DNA from: Podarcis pityusensis
Taxonomy: Eukaryota
Length of the DNA stretch: 64,000 nucleotides
Assembly (NCBI GenBank): GCA_964106645.2
Contig: OZ067042.1
Strand: one strand, 5' to 3'
This document shows positions 48,316 through 62,908 of the stretch, piece by piece. Under the pieces are notes generated by a model, which saw only the letters and a list, made by a program, of their open reading frames with translations, had not been told where the DNA came from and did no database searches. Each line of letters starts with the position of its first letter. Position 1 is the first letter of the stretch. Made by a program: the position numbers and the translations under genes.

Positions 48316-50829
48316 CAACTGAGAAACTGCATGCAAACCAAGGCAGTCATCAGGTGAACATTTCAACTGACCGCTGCTTCACTCAGTTGGCCTTCATTTT
48401 TGAATGTATGCCTGTTGGTTAGTTGTGTGGCATATTCTCCATTATGTACTAATCATGCCAGCTTTGCTTTGCCAAATCACATTTAATTTTGCTTGTTATT
48501 TGGAAGCTTTGAAAATTGACAAATGAATAATTATACAGAGATGATCCAGAGCTTGGCCATTTATTCTTTTCTCTATCTCTTGGCAATGGTCTGAAGAAAG
48601 AAGCAATTAGCCATTAAGGAATGAGGGAATCTATCAGCTACACTGTTGTTCTTACACAGGAACTCAGCCATTTGCATTCCTGTTCCATGAAAGAGATCAG
48701 GGTTTTATTCCACTAATGTGAGAAAATGGCCACTGATTGCTATGTGAGAACAATAGGTGTCCAAGTGGGTGGCAAACCGCATGAAAGCTCTATTTCCCTA
48801 TATTGTTTGTGAGTGGAAAACCACAGGTATCAAACTCAGAATGACACAATTAGTGGCACTGGCTTCAACCTACAAACCCTTAAATTAATTGACCCTTGGA
48901 TAAATCAGACACTATTTCTCACTGTGTGTCCCATTTAAGATGGTTGGCTGACAGATGCCTATTTTGAGGCAAACATGTACGGCAGTACTAGGACAAAATT
49001 TGCCGTTCATGTTCACAACTATAAAGAGCTTGCTGGGTCAGGCTGGTGGCCCCCCTAGTCCAGCATCCTGTCCACACAGTGGCCATTTTGTTGCCTATGG
49101 CAAGCACACAAGCAGGCCATGAGACCAAAAGCAAAGGGAGGAAAAATCCTTTCTGACCCTGTCAACAGTGATCTGAATAGCTCTAATTTGAGGGAGGGTG
49201 GGAAGCTCATGGGGCAAGTGTAGAAATGAAGTTTCTCCACCACAAGAATGAGTTTCAAAGCTTTGCTGCAGAACAATCTTAAATATGAGTTACTTTGTAT
49301 TTTGTAACATTTATATTAATAACACATTGCAAACAAGAAATGGGGTTCAGTCCTTTATGTGGTTCAGTAAACTTTCCTCTCTCTGGTCCGAGACAGAGAT
49401 CCTAAGTTTATTCATCATTGGAGCTTTTGTATCTGGCAATAAGTCATCAGGGAGCTTGAAACATTGAAATGACAAAATGCCAGCCTTCTCCAATGCTTTT
49501 GCCATAGTGGACCTTCTTGCCGAAGGGAAACACAGCATTTTAAACACAATACAGTCAAACACACCATTTTATGTACATTAAACGCTAACACCTTCCTCCC
49601 GAGAGATTTCATGGAGTGGCTTCATCCTGCATGAGCATGACAAGGAGGCACAACTCTGTCTGGACTATGCACCGCCAGGCACAATCACGCACTACAGAGC
49701 ACAGCTTCCAAATTCTCCCTGCGGCCATTGCAAAAGGGTACTATGCAGAGGGAAAACCACCACCACAACCATGAACTGGGCACTTGCAGTGCTGCTGTAT
49801 TATTCATTTCCACCTTACAGATTATCAGTTTTCATAGTGTCAATTTTCACTTAGGTAGGGGTAAAGGTCAGGGACCGCCCTCAACAACCTGTAGCTTGAC
49901 ATCAGTCTGAGAAGCTGAACAATTTATCCACTGTGCTTTCAACTCCCTGGATTGGGGCCCACAGCACTGGCAAGTCAGTGGATTGTAGTAAAGAGTTTTT
50001 TATGATATTTTGGGAAGAATTCATCAAAGGATGATGAGACACATTTATCTTTTTGAAGGTTTTGCATTTCAATCAACTAACAGCCTTCTGACTGCTTAGA
50101 ATTTCAAAGCAGCTATCCTATGGAGGGATGCCATTTGGGGGTTGGGGGGGAGGGAAATCACCTAAAGAGAATTATTTGCTCATTATTCTGGTGATGAATC
50201 TGTTTCAGTTTGTTTTTGTTGTTTTTTTGTGTTGTTTTTTAAAGCATTTATTCATAAGGTGTCTTTGTGCCTACTCCTGGCAAATATCCTTAAACTATAA
50301 GAAATGTTTTTCCATCTCAGGATGCCAGTCGCATTATAACTCTTACAAAGCAATAATGCACCAAATTATATACTGCAGCGTGATCCCTATTCATATAATT
50401 CTTACAAGAATCTATACATAGTGCTTTATGATGGCTGTAATTTAGATATATCACATAATATAATATCTTTTATAGTATGTACCTAGTTGTTGTTTTTTTA
50501 AAAAAAATCAGCACATGAACTGACTATTTAGTAATAATAAATGTTTTCTATTTATACTTCTTCTATCCACTAGCTGCTGCTGCTGCTTTCTCCACAGCAC
50601 CATTTAAAAAATGCTCCAACACTATGTGCATGGTACATTTTTAAATGGCAGTGCTATGAGGAAGGTGAAGAAAGCAATGGCATGGTAAAGAGTTGCTTTC
50701 TCAGCACCATCTTGCTAATGTGTTTTGGGATGCAGCACAAGATTGCAGATGCAACAAAGAGCATCCTAAAATTGCATGAGAGCATGCCGCCCCAAATGGT
50801 TGTCATGTCCCTTTTCCCCAGGACAGTTA

Positions 50830-51161
50830 GGTAAAGGTAAAGGGACCCCTGACCATTAGGTCCAGTCGTGGCCGACTCTGGGGTTGCTTTATTGGCCGAG
50901 GGAGCTGGCGTACAGCTTCCGGGTCATGTGGCCAGCATGACTAAGCCACTTCTGGAGAACCAGAGCAGCGCACAGAAATGCCGTTTACGTTCCCGCCACA
51001 GTACCTATTTATCTACTTTGATGTGCTTTCGAACTGCTAGGTTGTCAGGAGCAGGGACCGAGCAACAGGAGCTCACCCCGTCGCGGGGATTCGAAGCACC
51101 GACCTTCTGATCGGCAAGTCCTAGGCTCTGTGGTTTAACCCACAGCGCCACCCGCGTCCCT
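50830..51161 (-). mobile_element. Sauria-type SINE, full length
   Basis: Family body. 13-bp TSD CCCAGGACAGTTA (50817-50829 and 51162-51174). Confidence 0.9.
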
Positions 51162-52516
51162 CCCAGGACAGTTAAGGGGTATGATATGATGATGTCGCAG
51201 TATTCATTTCATGCTGCGGAGAGAAAAGGGACCACAGAATGTATGTTTGCCAGACCCATGCATGGCATCACATTTAGTTCTATATTTATATAGGGAGACA
51301 TGGCATCTGAAATATATGGAGCCTATGCTGTGAAATGCTTTCCAGGTCACCTTGAATTGCAGCTGAAAAGTAACAGCAGATGAATTCAATTGCCACAACA
51401 TGGGTTGAATAGGCTCTTCTTTCCACTGCTAACAATATGGGCTGTAGCATTCTGCATTGTGTGAAGTCTGATATCAATTCTAGCTCCACCCTAAGCTTCA
51501 GTGCCTAGACCTTCTGTGGGAACCTGTTTAGAGTATATCTTTGAAGGTCACAAGAAAAAAAGGAAGACAGAGAAAGGCTGTTTCTAGTGCTTTAGAAAAG
51601 AATTTTTGGTGCAGGAAATTGAAAGACTGGAGAAAAATGGAAGGAGGGGATTAAATAGATGCCATATGATTTATCCACTTTCAGCAAGACCAATTCCACA
51701 AATGAGGCAGCAGCTAGGCACCCATTATCTCTTACTCAGGAGGTCATGGATGTAGATGTGACTTCCTAGTGGATAATAGGTATGGAGAGATCAAGGGAGA
51801 TGCTCACTCAGATGTTAATAAAAGGAAGGAGGGAGGAGATGACTATGGGTGCAAATTAACATGTTTTCCCCATGACATGCCAATTTATCTGTGACACAGG
51901 ATGAACATAAAGCAGTATATAAATTAATCAGTAAAGTATTCTGATAGTACTTTAGGGATTCATCTTACTATTCTTTTTTCTTTCTTTTTTCTACATTGGT
52001 TCTAAGACCAAAATACAAATATTGATTTTATCTGTCAGTTATAAGTGTGTGTAAGAGTATAATATGCTTCATTTCAAAATATCCATAAACTGATTAGAAG
52101 GCTTTTGCAAATATTCTGAAGGGGGAAACTGCAATTTATACTTTTCCTCTTCAGAATTGGTATGATGTGCATTTATTTTGTACTTGGATATTGGACCTCG
52201 AGTACTAAATGTGTTGTAAGAAACAAACTCTTAATGGATGGTCTACTTTGACTTAGCAATGTACAAAATATTAGGAAGGTAGCACCTTTTCAGGCAGAAA
52301 GGTAATCAAATTAGTGATCACTCTATCATATTGATTCAATAATTATATTAGCATCCTGATGAAAGGAAATGTCATTATTAGCACACATAACACACATTTT
52401 AATTGCAATCAGTAGTTAACCCTTGGGTTAATTAATAGTGGGTCTAATGATCAAGAAGGCAGTTACTCTATGTGCTGTAGAGGCAAATGATGGGCAAATG
52501 GGAAGGTAGTGGCCAA

Positions 52517-52913
52517 CATGGGTGGCCAACTCTCAAGAGACTGAGATCAACTTTCAGAATTAAAAACTGGCAGGGTTCAGCTCAAAGTTCTTGAGCTTTT
52601 CTTAGGGAGGAGAAAAGCCCCATGGGGAGGGGTTAAAAAAACTTTGGGGGGGCGTTCCTTTTTGGGGGGGTTAAAGGCAAGGGACAAAGGGATAAAGTCA
52701 CTCACAAAAAGATTGCTATGGATCAAAACAGCAGCACAGAGAAAGCTCTGTCTTCCCTTCCAGAGATCATATAACAATGGAGGGTGGCTGAGGGGGCATG
52801 GCAGGAGTCAGTTTTAGTGACGCTAAGGAAAGGGAGCCAGAGATCAACCGCGATCTACCAAAACCTTGTGGGGATCTACCAGTAGATCATGATCAACCTG
52901 TTGGACAACCCTG
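52517..52913. mobile_element. Probable hAT-type non-autonomous element
   Basis: Imperfect TIRs CATGGGTGGCCAAC / GTTGGACAACCCTG with subterminal GATCTAC/GTAGATC motifs. No clear TSD. Confidence 0.45.
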
Positions 52914-54239
52914 ATCCTAACTGATCCTAAACCTCTGCTGCCTTGCGGCTATATTCATTCATGAGAAAGACTTCATGAGTAAACCTCAAGGAGAAATCCA
53001 TATCTGCTGCCTTGTGAGACATCTTCAGGAGAAGAAAAAGACAAGGAGTAATCCCTACATAAACCCAGAATGGAGTCTTTTAGATGGTTGGATGGCACCT
53101 TGTACACCTCCTTCCAGCAACTCCTGCAGCCAAGCTGGTGCCACATGTATTGCTCTTCTTTCCTTTGGACCACATCAGTGAAGCCAAGGGACGAGGGTCT
53201 TGTCATTAGGACAGTCTAATTAATTAGTTGCTGGGTTCTGCCATAGCCACCTAAAGTACATTCCCATAGGTGTTGGTGTATAAGGAATAGTATGTGATTT
53301 TGACTTCTTCCAGTTGTAAAGAAGGCTTCCATGTTTCCTGCCTACTTTACAATACCTGTGGTGAGTCAGGGGTTCTTTTTCCACATGAAAGGAAAGCAAA
53401 AGTTACTTTTGCATTGAATTTCTAATATCAAAGCATGCAAATACGGAGATAATTTTAAAACCCTCATTTTCCCCCATGTAAACCAAGCTGGCTCTGCTAG
53501 ATTCTTGTGATAGAAGGCCTTCGCTGATTCCTGGAGGATGCATTTAACTTGTAGCCTTTTGCTTAGATCTTCCCAGAAATAGAGAACTATGTTGATATTT
53601 TCATTTCCCTCTGGGGAAATCCTAATCTTCATATAGAAACCTCTCCCCCATTTCACTGCTCTTGCTGCTACTCTCCATCTCCTTGAAGAACGGAATCTTG
53701 TCTAACAGAGTTTGGGAAATGCATTGAGCAATGAAGAACATTTTCCTATTGCTGGGGAGCTGGATAAGAAAAATGATGATCTTTTTTTTAAAAAAAGAAG
53801 AAGTAAAGTGTAGAGTCTGAATCTCACTAACTTGAAGGCTTTTTTGTGCTATTCTGTGAATAGAGAATAGAGTGTTCCAACCAATTAGAATATTTATATT
53901 AAACAATTTATTCAATATTTGCACAAATATGTTAAAAATTCTGTTGCATTTTTGTGATGAGGTTTTTGAAATACTCCTAAGTGAAAAAACATGTGGTAGT
54001 ACTTAAATCCTGGGAGAGCATATTAATCCAGAAGTCAAAATGTGAGAGCAAAATCTGAGGCACAAAGTGCCAGATATTCCTTCTTTATTGTGATGTACCA
54101 ACTATGAGCAGTGGAACACCTCAGAAACCTGAAATGGGTGTACAACTTCATTGCTGGTAAACCCAAACTAGAAAAGCAACACATTGTTGGCATTATATTG
54201 TGAAACTCAATATAAAACTCAAACCCCTAGTAAACAATA

Positions 54240-54427
54240 CAGTGGTACCTCCAGTTGCAGATGGGATCCGTTCCAGAGCTCTGGTTGGATGCTGAGGTTT
54301 CCGCAACCGGAGGGACTACTTCTGCGCATGTGTGCGCGGCGAAACCCAGAAAAATACTTGCGGGTTTGCCATGTTCGCATCCTGAAGTATATGCAACCGG
54401 AGGTGTGCATATCCAGAGGTACCACTG
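54240..54427. mobile_element. Tc1/mariner MITE
   Basis: TIRs CAGTGGTACCTC / GAGGTACCACTG. TA on the left and TT on the right. Confidence 0.75.
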
Positions 54428-55372
54428 TTCTTTTATTACTGGCCAGGTGGTGTTGGCGGTGAAAGCACGGCAGCACCGTAACAGTTGCTAACAGAATAGC
54501 CACCCTTTCAGATGTCAGCAGCCCACAGTCTCAGCAGAGATGGCTAGGCGAAGCTTGTAGAGTGCTGACTCAGACACGCGCGCAGCATGCACCACTATCT
54601 CATAGAATCAAAGAATCTCCCAACACTTACTCCTAGGGGAGGAAATCCCTTCCTCTCTAGATTGTCCCACAGTGGTGGCTGGTGGCTCCCAGTAATGAAG
54701 TTCACAAGCCATTCCTTCAGCTTAACATGATTTGCACAGTGGTTGTATGCTTAAAATGCTGTGATGAGCTCATTGGAAGAACAAATGAACCAAACAGTAG
54801 CTTCTTAGCAGATTAGTGGGTTGCACTGGGATTTCAGCCAAACACCAATTAAAATCTAATGTTTTGAAGAGAATGTCTTGCCCAATAAATACATACCAAA
54901 AACAGCATCTTTGGAAATGATCCTTATCTTGTACATTTGGCTATGGAGATGTTTGATATTATCTACAGCTTACTTTGAATTTGATATGTTTGAAAACTCT
55001 GCATGGGTGACAATAATAAATTAAATCTTGCCAATTTTTGTAATTTTAGGTACTTCCTGCATTCAAAGGGTTAATTTTTTTGTTTCTTAAAAAAGAACAA
55101 AACTCTCTGTTATGAAACATGCATTTCAAATGGAAGTGTCAATATATTATAAGCTTTCATATTTCAAGTATGCACATTTTGCAGCTGGCATTTGGATTTC
55201 AGTAGTTCAAATTTATGTCTGTTCAAATATCAAAGCCTACTCAAAAGGCATGTCTGACAAATGAAGATCAGACAAGACAAATAAAACAAAAGTCACGAAT
55301 GTGATCAAAATCAAAACAAGGGAGAATTTAAAGGGATGTGCATCATGCATTTGAGGCATTCAGTATGGTGGG

Positions 55373-55706
55373 CAGAGCCGTCTTTCCAATAGGGCTTAGT
55401 GGTGCGTTGCTCCAGGGTGCCGGCCTCTTAGGGGCACCCCAGAGAGTGGAGGAGCTGCGCGGCTTTGCCAGCGGCTTCCCCTTTCCCTGCATGCCCGCAA
55501 GCTGTGCCCCTTCAACCATATGGTTGGCAGGCATGCAGCTTGCCTCCCAAGCCTCTGTGGGGATTGTTCTCCTGCAGCGGCATGGGGGAGAGTCCCCCCC
55601 CCATGGCTGGCAGTGTGCAGCTCCCCCCCCCACACTATCTGTGGCAATTTGGGGGCGCTGGGCAGATATTTGCACCCCGGTGCCACATCTGCTAAAGACG
55701 GCCCTG
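55373..55706. mobile_element. GC-rich hAT-type non-autonomous element
   Basis: TIRs CAGAGCCGTCTTT / AAAGACGGCCCTG. Perfect 8-bp TSD ATGGTGGG. Confidence 0.8.
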
Positions 55707-55986
55707 ATGGTGGGCAATGATATTCTTGTGTGCCAACCCAATCTCTGAGCGGTGCAAGATTCCAGGGGTTCCAGGCACTTACCCAGGGCTTGTGTATCCT
55801 TTTGGAATGAGGCACAGTGGAAATTGTGGAGTCTTTATGAAATATGGCCTATTTACACAAATACACTACCTGAGCCTGTGATGAAGGGGTTCACAGCATC
55901 AACACCCCAAGAGGGTCTTGTTTTACCCATAGCCACAGCCTTAGATTCAAACAGAAATCAAGCATTCTTCTCAAACATTGCTTTGA

Positions 55987-56011
55987 TTCTCTCTTCTCTC
56001 TTCTCTCTTCT

Positions 56012-56042
<31 letters not shown>
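55987..56042. repeat. (TTCTCTC)n/(CT)n compound microsatellite
   Basis: Read directly from the sequence. Confidence 0.9.
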
Positions 56043-56046
<4 letters not shown>

Positions 56047-59000
56047 GCTTTACTTATAGGTCACATCACTGCAACTCTACTCGCAACTCTGGCTTTGTTT
56101 GTTGAGGGAGGGGCCCTCCACCCATTTGCCATTAATGGCTCATCAGTCAGGCTATCACCTCACCAGGAGGCTAGCCGGGCTATTCCAGGAAACAGAAACT
56201 TTGATTAAATTCTAAAACTTGCTAGATCCAGGAATTAAAAGGTTCTGGCTTCCAGCTTAATAATATAACAATATTATTGTGCCTCAATCAGAAGGACTAA
56301 GTGAGCCAGGTCTTTTAGGGGCCCTGCGACAATGGATCAAAATAATATTGATCTTCAAAGGAAATTACAATCAAGCTTTCTTAGTTCAATGTTATCCCAC
56401 GAGAGTGCGCACATGAGAAACCTCCAGATACGAAGCTTTCTGTGAGTTAGTGTGTAGGGTGTTCAAAAACATATTAGGAGATAATTTACGGGGGGGGGGG
56501 TATATGTCCAGGGGCCTCCACAGGGTTCAATCTGGCATTGAAAGGGCACCAGTTCCAGGGCCTTAAAAAAATTACAGGCAGACGAGCCTGTGAAAATACC
56601 ATTTGAACAGTTCTGGGATATTTTAATTATTGAATCAGTGAGACAAGGAAAGCAGGTATTGCAAAGCTAGCAACAGATTCTACCCTCCAATTATCAACAA
56701 ATGCCAGCTGTGGAATAATTGGGACATCATAGTATAAAGTAGAGAAAGTGAAGGAAAATAAACCATATCACCATGCACACTCAGAAAATTATTTCCTCTG
56801 TCTCCCCGCACTTATTTGTGCTGACAGGCAATTTTTTGTGTGTGTAATTAAAAATCTTCATTAAACACTACATCAGCTCCCCTCCAAATTAATTTACATT
56901 TTGTCCTCAATATTGCATTTTCAAAAATAAAAGGGGGTGGGTGGGTGGAATAGTTATTCCTGGCAAAGGTCCAAGATTCCAATTATAGCTTCCTCTATGG
57001 AGGAAAGTGAAATAGATTTTAATTGGGGCCTAAGAGTAAAGGTCAGTTTGCTGGGAACAATGGGTGTCTTTGGTAGTAATTGACTGAATCATCCTGTAGG
57101 AATTTGTAAATGTCAGTAACATTCTTAAAATGAGAGGAAAGGGAAAGGCCTCAAACCAAGGAATGACAGCAGAGATTCAGCAGCAGGGGAAAATATTGCT
57201 GTGGTTATTTAAACAACACCTTAACTAGGGATAATTTGAAAAAGCTGTGCAATGTGAAACGAGACTGAGCACATTTAACCAATAAGAGTCATAAAATAGA
57301 TATAAGATGCTAAATATTTGAAATTTTGATCTCACGTGTCCCTGGTCCCAAAGCTCATGCCAAAGGCCATATGAGCAAATAGGTCATTCCTGGTAGCTCT
57401 GTTCAGATCGGCAGCGAAGAAGATAACACTATTTTCATTTGTTACCTTAGACTTACATGGGGTTTTCTTCTTAATATTCATGCTACACCAGTAAAACTCA
57501 TCCTGACATTCCCTCAGAGGAGAACAACAGCTGTTCCATGCTCTATTTATGGTGCTCTTTCATCATGAAGATTTGATCACTTATTATGTCCTTCAACAGA
57601 TGATACTGAAAAATTAGCAGAATGAGGCAGTAGCTATGAAATGGAAGAAATTGGTCACTGCAGACTGCAGGTGGGGAAATGTCATGTAATGAAAACTATC
57701 TGTAAGTTGAAGACAGTACACCAGGAGGGGAAGTACTAGACTAGCCCTCTCTCTGCTGTGCTACCTTTAGAGAGAGGTATCAGTTTAGTCATAGGAAAAA
57801 TGTTTTGTGCATATAAGTGTTCTTGAGAAGTTCTGTTTATCAGGAGAAACCAGGGATTGAACCTGGGTATGCAAACTTTACTGTACTACTGAATTAAGAA
57901 CTCTTCCTTATAGAATGCTAGAGCTAATCTAAAGAATCTCAATAGGGCCGAGAAAGGAGTCAGACAAACGATTTGACACAGGCAGAAAACTTTTGTGAAA
58001 ATAAAGATGATAAAAATATAGCTCAACTATAGAAAAAGAACCCAACCCTGATGCTATTCTATACTGAACACAGAATTAAAGAAGTTCAATATTCAACAAT
58101 GCCAGTGACTTTCAATTAGATATCTCTATCCTAATTGCTATAGAAATTAGATCATGTTTCTTGGATTGTAGTTGTTGTTGTAGGGGTAGGGAGAAAAAGT
58201 GAAGGCATAAACTGTCTTTGGTACAACTTGATGAAACTCTCCTTGCTTTATCGACTGCATTTGTTTCTGGAACAGCATCCAAGGTTATAAGTCTCAGCCA
58301 ATGCAGAGAGTTTCAACCAGCCAAAGAATATTGCTTCAACGGTTTAAGCTATGCAATGTCATCCATCATAAAATAAAATATATTGAAGTCTTAATACTGC
58401 ACTCATATTTATAAATATTTTCAACTTTAGGGATCCAGCAGCATCAATAAAACACCCAGGCAGCTTTGTTAAAACCAAAGGAAAAAATGATACTTAATAT
58501 GAAAAAAGAAAAACAGGAGTAGAAATCTGGTCAATAAATTTGATGTCTCCCAGTTATATAGGTTGAAGCAGTCTTTTTTGGACTTACTATAGAAAAAACA
58601 ATATTCAGATCTCTACATTAAAAGAATGGATTTATTTATTTATTTATTTTTAAAGTATGTCTAAACATCAGTAATAAAAACCAGACACCTCATCTGGCTT
58701 TTGAAGTATTATTACATTACATTCTTACATTATCAGTAGCTCTAGGAGAAACTACCCAAAACTTCCCCAGAAGTAAGCTTCTTCTCTTCCTCCTCCTCCC
58801 ATCCACTATTTTACCTTTTGTAAGACTTTCTGTGTTTACAGTACACAAGTATGTTTGTGCAGATTTTTTTTTAAATGTAACTTCTGGGGGGGGGGGAATC
58901 TCATTGGTCTCAAAACTAAGCTATATGTGCATATTAGGGTCAACCTTAGTAACTTCTTTTCTTTCAGGTGAATCAGCAGAGATAGCCACAGCTGGAGAGG

Positions 59001-62000
59001 GAATTTCAGATGAAGCAAATTTGATCTAGAAGACTACAACATTTTCTTTGAGAGGTACATCATAATTTAAACCTTTGTTTTGAGGATTTCCCTCCATACT
59101 GTGTTGAAAACTCAGAGGACAAAACAGCTAATCTTATGCATCTTTATACCATAATTGCATTGTCTGCAGAGCATTTGCTAGACCACTGTAGAATCAGGCT
59201 TTATGACCTGTCTGTGTAACCTTCTCAGCTATCACAATCAGCCGTTTTGTTTTCGTGCTTCCACTACCATATCAATCATGTTTCATACAGTCTCATTCTC
59301 TCTGTCTATTAGTAAAAGAAATCCTTCACCAGCATTAAACCCACAAACCCACTGTAGGAGCTGATGACTTTCAATTTGATCTTTTTCCCTTAGAATGAAG
59401 AAGAACCAAAGCTATATCTGAGCTCAACACCAAGGACTAGACTTTAATCTGAGGGTTCAACAACATATCCTTGCACCTATCACCTAGGGTGAGTAAACTG
59501 TCATTAATTGGACACACAAGTTTAGCTCAGTGCTAAATCAAAGCAAAATGTGCAGTTGTGCTTTGCTTCTCTCCATCTCCTATTTTTGAAAGTTAGGTAG
59601 CTTTACAGAAGGATAAATATTCTATTTGTTTCTGTTGCTTTGAAATCAAGCAACACCTTTCCTACTAAACTCTGTAACCCATAGCCCCTTGTCTTGGAAA
59701 CACGCAGAGCAATACTAGACATATTAATCATCCCTTCTGTGCATAAAAAGGAAAATATTGAAGGATTAAGGCATCTGCAACCCATTCATTTTGCACATTC
59801 CGCAGCACAGCAATTAAAAATGAAAGGTTTAGAAGATATAAAAGCAAAATTTAATGCAGGAGTGCAGGACAAGAGAAAACAAAACCCAGGCCCACAGGAA
59901 ATAATCAATATCTGATGAGAAGACATTGTGCTATTAATAGTATGAAAGTGCTGGCAGATATTATCAACTGGAGTTTTATTAATTAACTGGAGATGCAAAG
60001 ATACAATGGTGTTGAAATGTACAAAGAACAAATGTACTGGTTCCTTGGAAAGAACACAGTGTGCAATTTATGAGGACACAGCATCTAAATTAGCCAGCAG
60101 CTCAGTGATTCCAGAAAAAATATTTCCCCCAACCAACCATAAGTCTCTTTTTTTTGCTTGCATTTTCATATCAGTCAGGATTTTTACTCATCCCATGTAG
60201 TTTTAAAAATCAAATACTTGGAGACCTTTGACGTTAAAGCCCATATAGAATAATAAAAAGTGTTTCTTATAAAAATAAAAATAAAAATCAAGAAGTCTTT
60301 TTTGAGAACTTTCTGTGTAATCCTATGTATGCCTTTTCAGAAGGAAGGTTCACTGTATCAAGTGATGTATTACTACCTAGTAACTTTTCTTCTTTCATTT
60401 TCAATTGCAGCCTCAGTTACTTTAAAACGGGGTGGTAAATTCCAAGTCTAGAGTCAAAAGCTACCCCAAATGGCCTGTTGGACTCTTCCTTGACCACACC
60501 TGCATCCCTTGGCTATGTTCATAGCAACCCTGCTCTACATACTCATCAAGTATATTTGCTTGGCTGGAATGTGCCCTTGAAATATGACAATGCCTCTAAC
60601 AATTGGATGGATGTTTCCCTATGTTTTTGTTGGATTGTGGCCCCTGGATGGCTGCCCATGAGAGAAAGTGGCCCTTGGTCTGGAAAAGCTTCCCCACAAT
60701 TCCTCTAAAACACATATAGAAAAAACTCAGCTACATTTCCCTTCAAATTTCAAACTCCTTCCATGTGCTAACTATACGTTTTCTCCTCTCTCTATGCAAC
60801 AGTCCATTAGAAGACCGGACCAGATAAGAAATGTATTGGACATTTGGGATTCCGGATACTTGTTGACAAATAACCATGCAGGCAGAATTTTTTTTGGCAG
60901 AACTAAGGTTTCCCTCTCCCCTCCCCCATTCTCCACTGTCATAAATCACAGGGCCAGGTGGCACCGTATTTCAACAAGATGAGAGTTATTTGCCTGTAAA
61001 CATGTTTTCTGTGGCTTTTATATCTCCAAGGTTTATACCCCTCAGTATTATTAGATTATTGTTTTCTATTATTATAGATTGATCCAAAATAAGATGTTGT
61101 AATTTACCCAAATAAAACCCCAATAGTGACCGATCAGCAGCTTAAATGGTAAATAATGTTTTCTTCTTTATGTCTCATAAAACCCTCCGGGAACTACAGA
61201 TTCATTTATTGCCTGGAATATCTTGTTTAAAAAAAACAACCTGTGCTTATTTTGGGGGTGGAGGGAGAGAAAGAGAGAGACGAAAGGTGGAATATAAAAA
61301 CATTAAAGAGAAAACTGGCATTCACAGACCACAGCAGACACTTTTCAAAATATGTCAGTGTGCATTTATATGCAACATATTACTTAGGGAATGCTGGTCA
61401 AATAAATATTAGAATCACAGTGTCGGAATACTGTAAAACTGACAAGAGATCTGACAGTTTTGTCATCCAGCTGTTACATTAAAACAAGGTGTGGTATATT
61501 AAAGTACCCACAACAAATTAGCATAAACCAAACAAATTACAAAATTCAGGTGAAAATCAGTTTAGGCCTGTGGCTTTCAATAAGACTACCACTCTAATAA
61601 ATAAGGTCTATTAATTTTTGTTGGACTCCAACAAGAAACTATACTTAGTTTTGAGCTGTAGTTAATGTACCTTGCATTCAGAGACACATTTACAAGAGGG
61701 CAACTGTTGCAGTTTGAAGTGGCAAGAAATTTGAGGTGGCAACAAGTGCCAGTTTGCCCTACTATGAATACACCTCTGACTGGGGGGGTTCCCTTTCCAC
61801 ACAACTGTGAGTTGGGGGGTGAGGTTTCTACGGCTCAGTGCCATGCAAGCTGGGATGGCTCCTAGCATTTTCCTGGCTTAATCCCACTGCTGCATCAGAG
61901 CTGCTTAGATTCCCCTGGGTGCTCTTTGATGCCCACCTCAGATTCGGAGCATGGCAATGATGGCTGGGTGTGCCAATCCCTTTGGGATCTGTTTGGCCAA

Positions 62001-62696
62001 GAGCTTCAGTCACAATTGCCTCTTTTTTGTGATGATTCCCATGTGTCATGGCACTGTCAGACAAGGAATGTCCAAAGTGGGGAATCAATTTGCATCTGGG
62101 CATAAACCTGCCTCCTTCATTTCCTGCTTGACAGCTGCTTAAGGGCCATGTGGAGCCATCTCCCACTCCCAGAGCTGGTGAGTCAGGGATAGGACAATCT
62201 CTTAGGTATACTCCAGGCATGCTTGCTCATTATCTTTCCAGATGCCCACATAGAGCTGTTTGCACTGTCTCACCCCTCTCCCCTCCAATTGTAAGCACCT
62301 TAAGAAACTGTGTCAGAGGTTTGCGCCCAATCCCAGCTCACTTGCAATCCAGCAACTTGTTCACAAGTTTTTCCTCTGCCAGCAAGCAGGCACTGGTCGT
62401 GAGCAGAGGCTGGATGATATGTGTAAGGCTTTCACTCTGCAATTAATAAGAGAAGTGAGACCCTGGCAGGGGATCGTCCCAAGGAGCCCCTGGATATGTT
62501 CCGTGGACCCCCAGCGGTCCCCAGATCCCTAATTTGGAACCACTGACTTAAAGACACAAGGAAGAACTATTCATTCAACACTAGAATCCATTCCACTGGA
62601 GCAATCAAAACAAAACACCAGTACTTTTGGCAATCTATACCTGCTTCTTAAAGTTGATTATTTAAAAATAAAATTTCTAACACTTCCTGTTCAAGT

Positions 62697-62908
62697 TACA
62701 GATAGGTAGCCGTGTTGGTCTGCCATAGTCAAAATAAAAAAAATCCTTCCAGTAGCACCTTTAAGACCAACTAAGTTAGTTCTTGGTATGAGCTTTCGTG
62801 TGCAAGCACACTGTGTATCTGAAGAAGTGTGCTTGCACACGAAAGCTCATACCAAGAACTAACTTAGTTGGTCTTAAAGGTGCTACTGGAAGGATTTTTT
62901 TTATTTTG
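62697..62908. mobile_element. Penelope-like element terminal-repeat (pLTR) insertion arranged as an inverted repeat
   Basis: 15-bp TSD ACTTCCTGTTCAAGT (62682-62696 and 62909-62923). Perfect 86-bp arms 62727-62812 and 62826-62911. Contains a minimal hammerhead core of the kind known from Penelope-like elements. Confidence 0.75.
62815..62852 (+). ncRNA. Minimal type I hammerhead ribozyme motif
   Basis: GUAU-CUGAAGA-A-[GUGUGC UU GCACAC]-GAAA-GC-UC^AUAC. It has the CUGANGA and GAAA boxes, stem II, a palindromic AGCU mini stem III and a 4-bp stem I (GUAU/AUAC). Predicted cleavage after C62848. Confidence 0.7.

Noticed and set aside
17955-51110. Recurrent ORFs MASMTKPLLANQSSA...CFRTARLAGAGTEQRELTP that look like a gene family
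   Set aside because: They are antisense translations of Sauria-type SINE copies.
20284-59920. Other CTGATGA occurrences (about 20285, 24658, 39402, 42199, 59912) as hammerhead cores
   Set aside because: None has a downstream stem II plus GAAA in the correct geometry.
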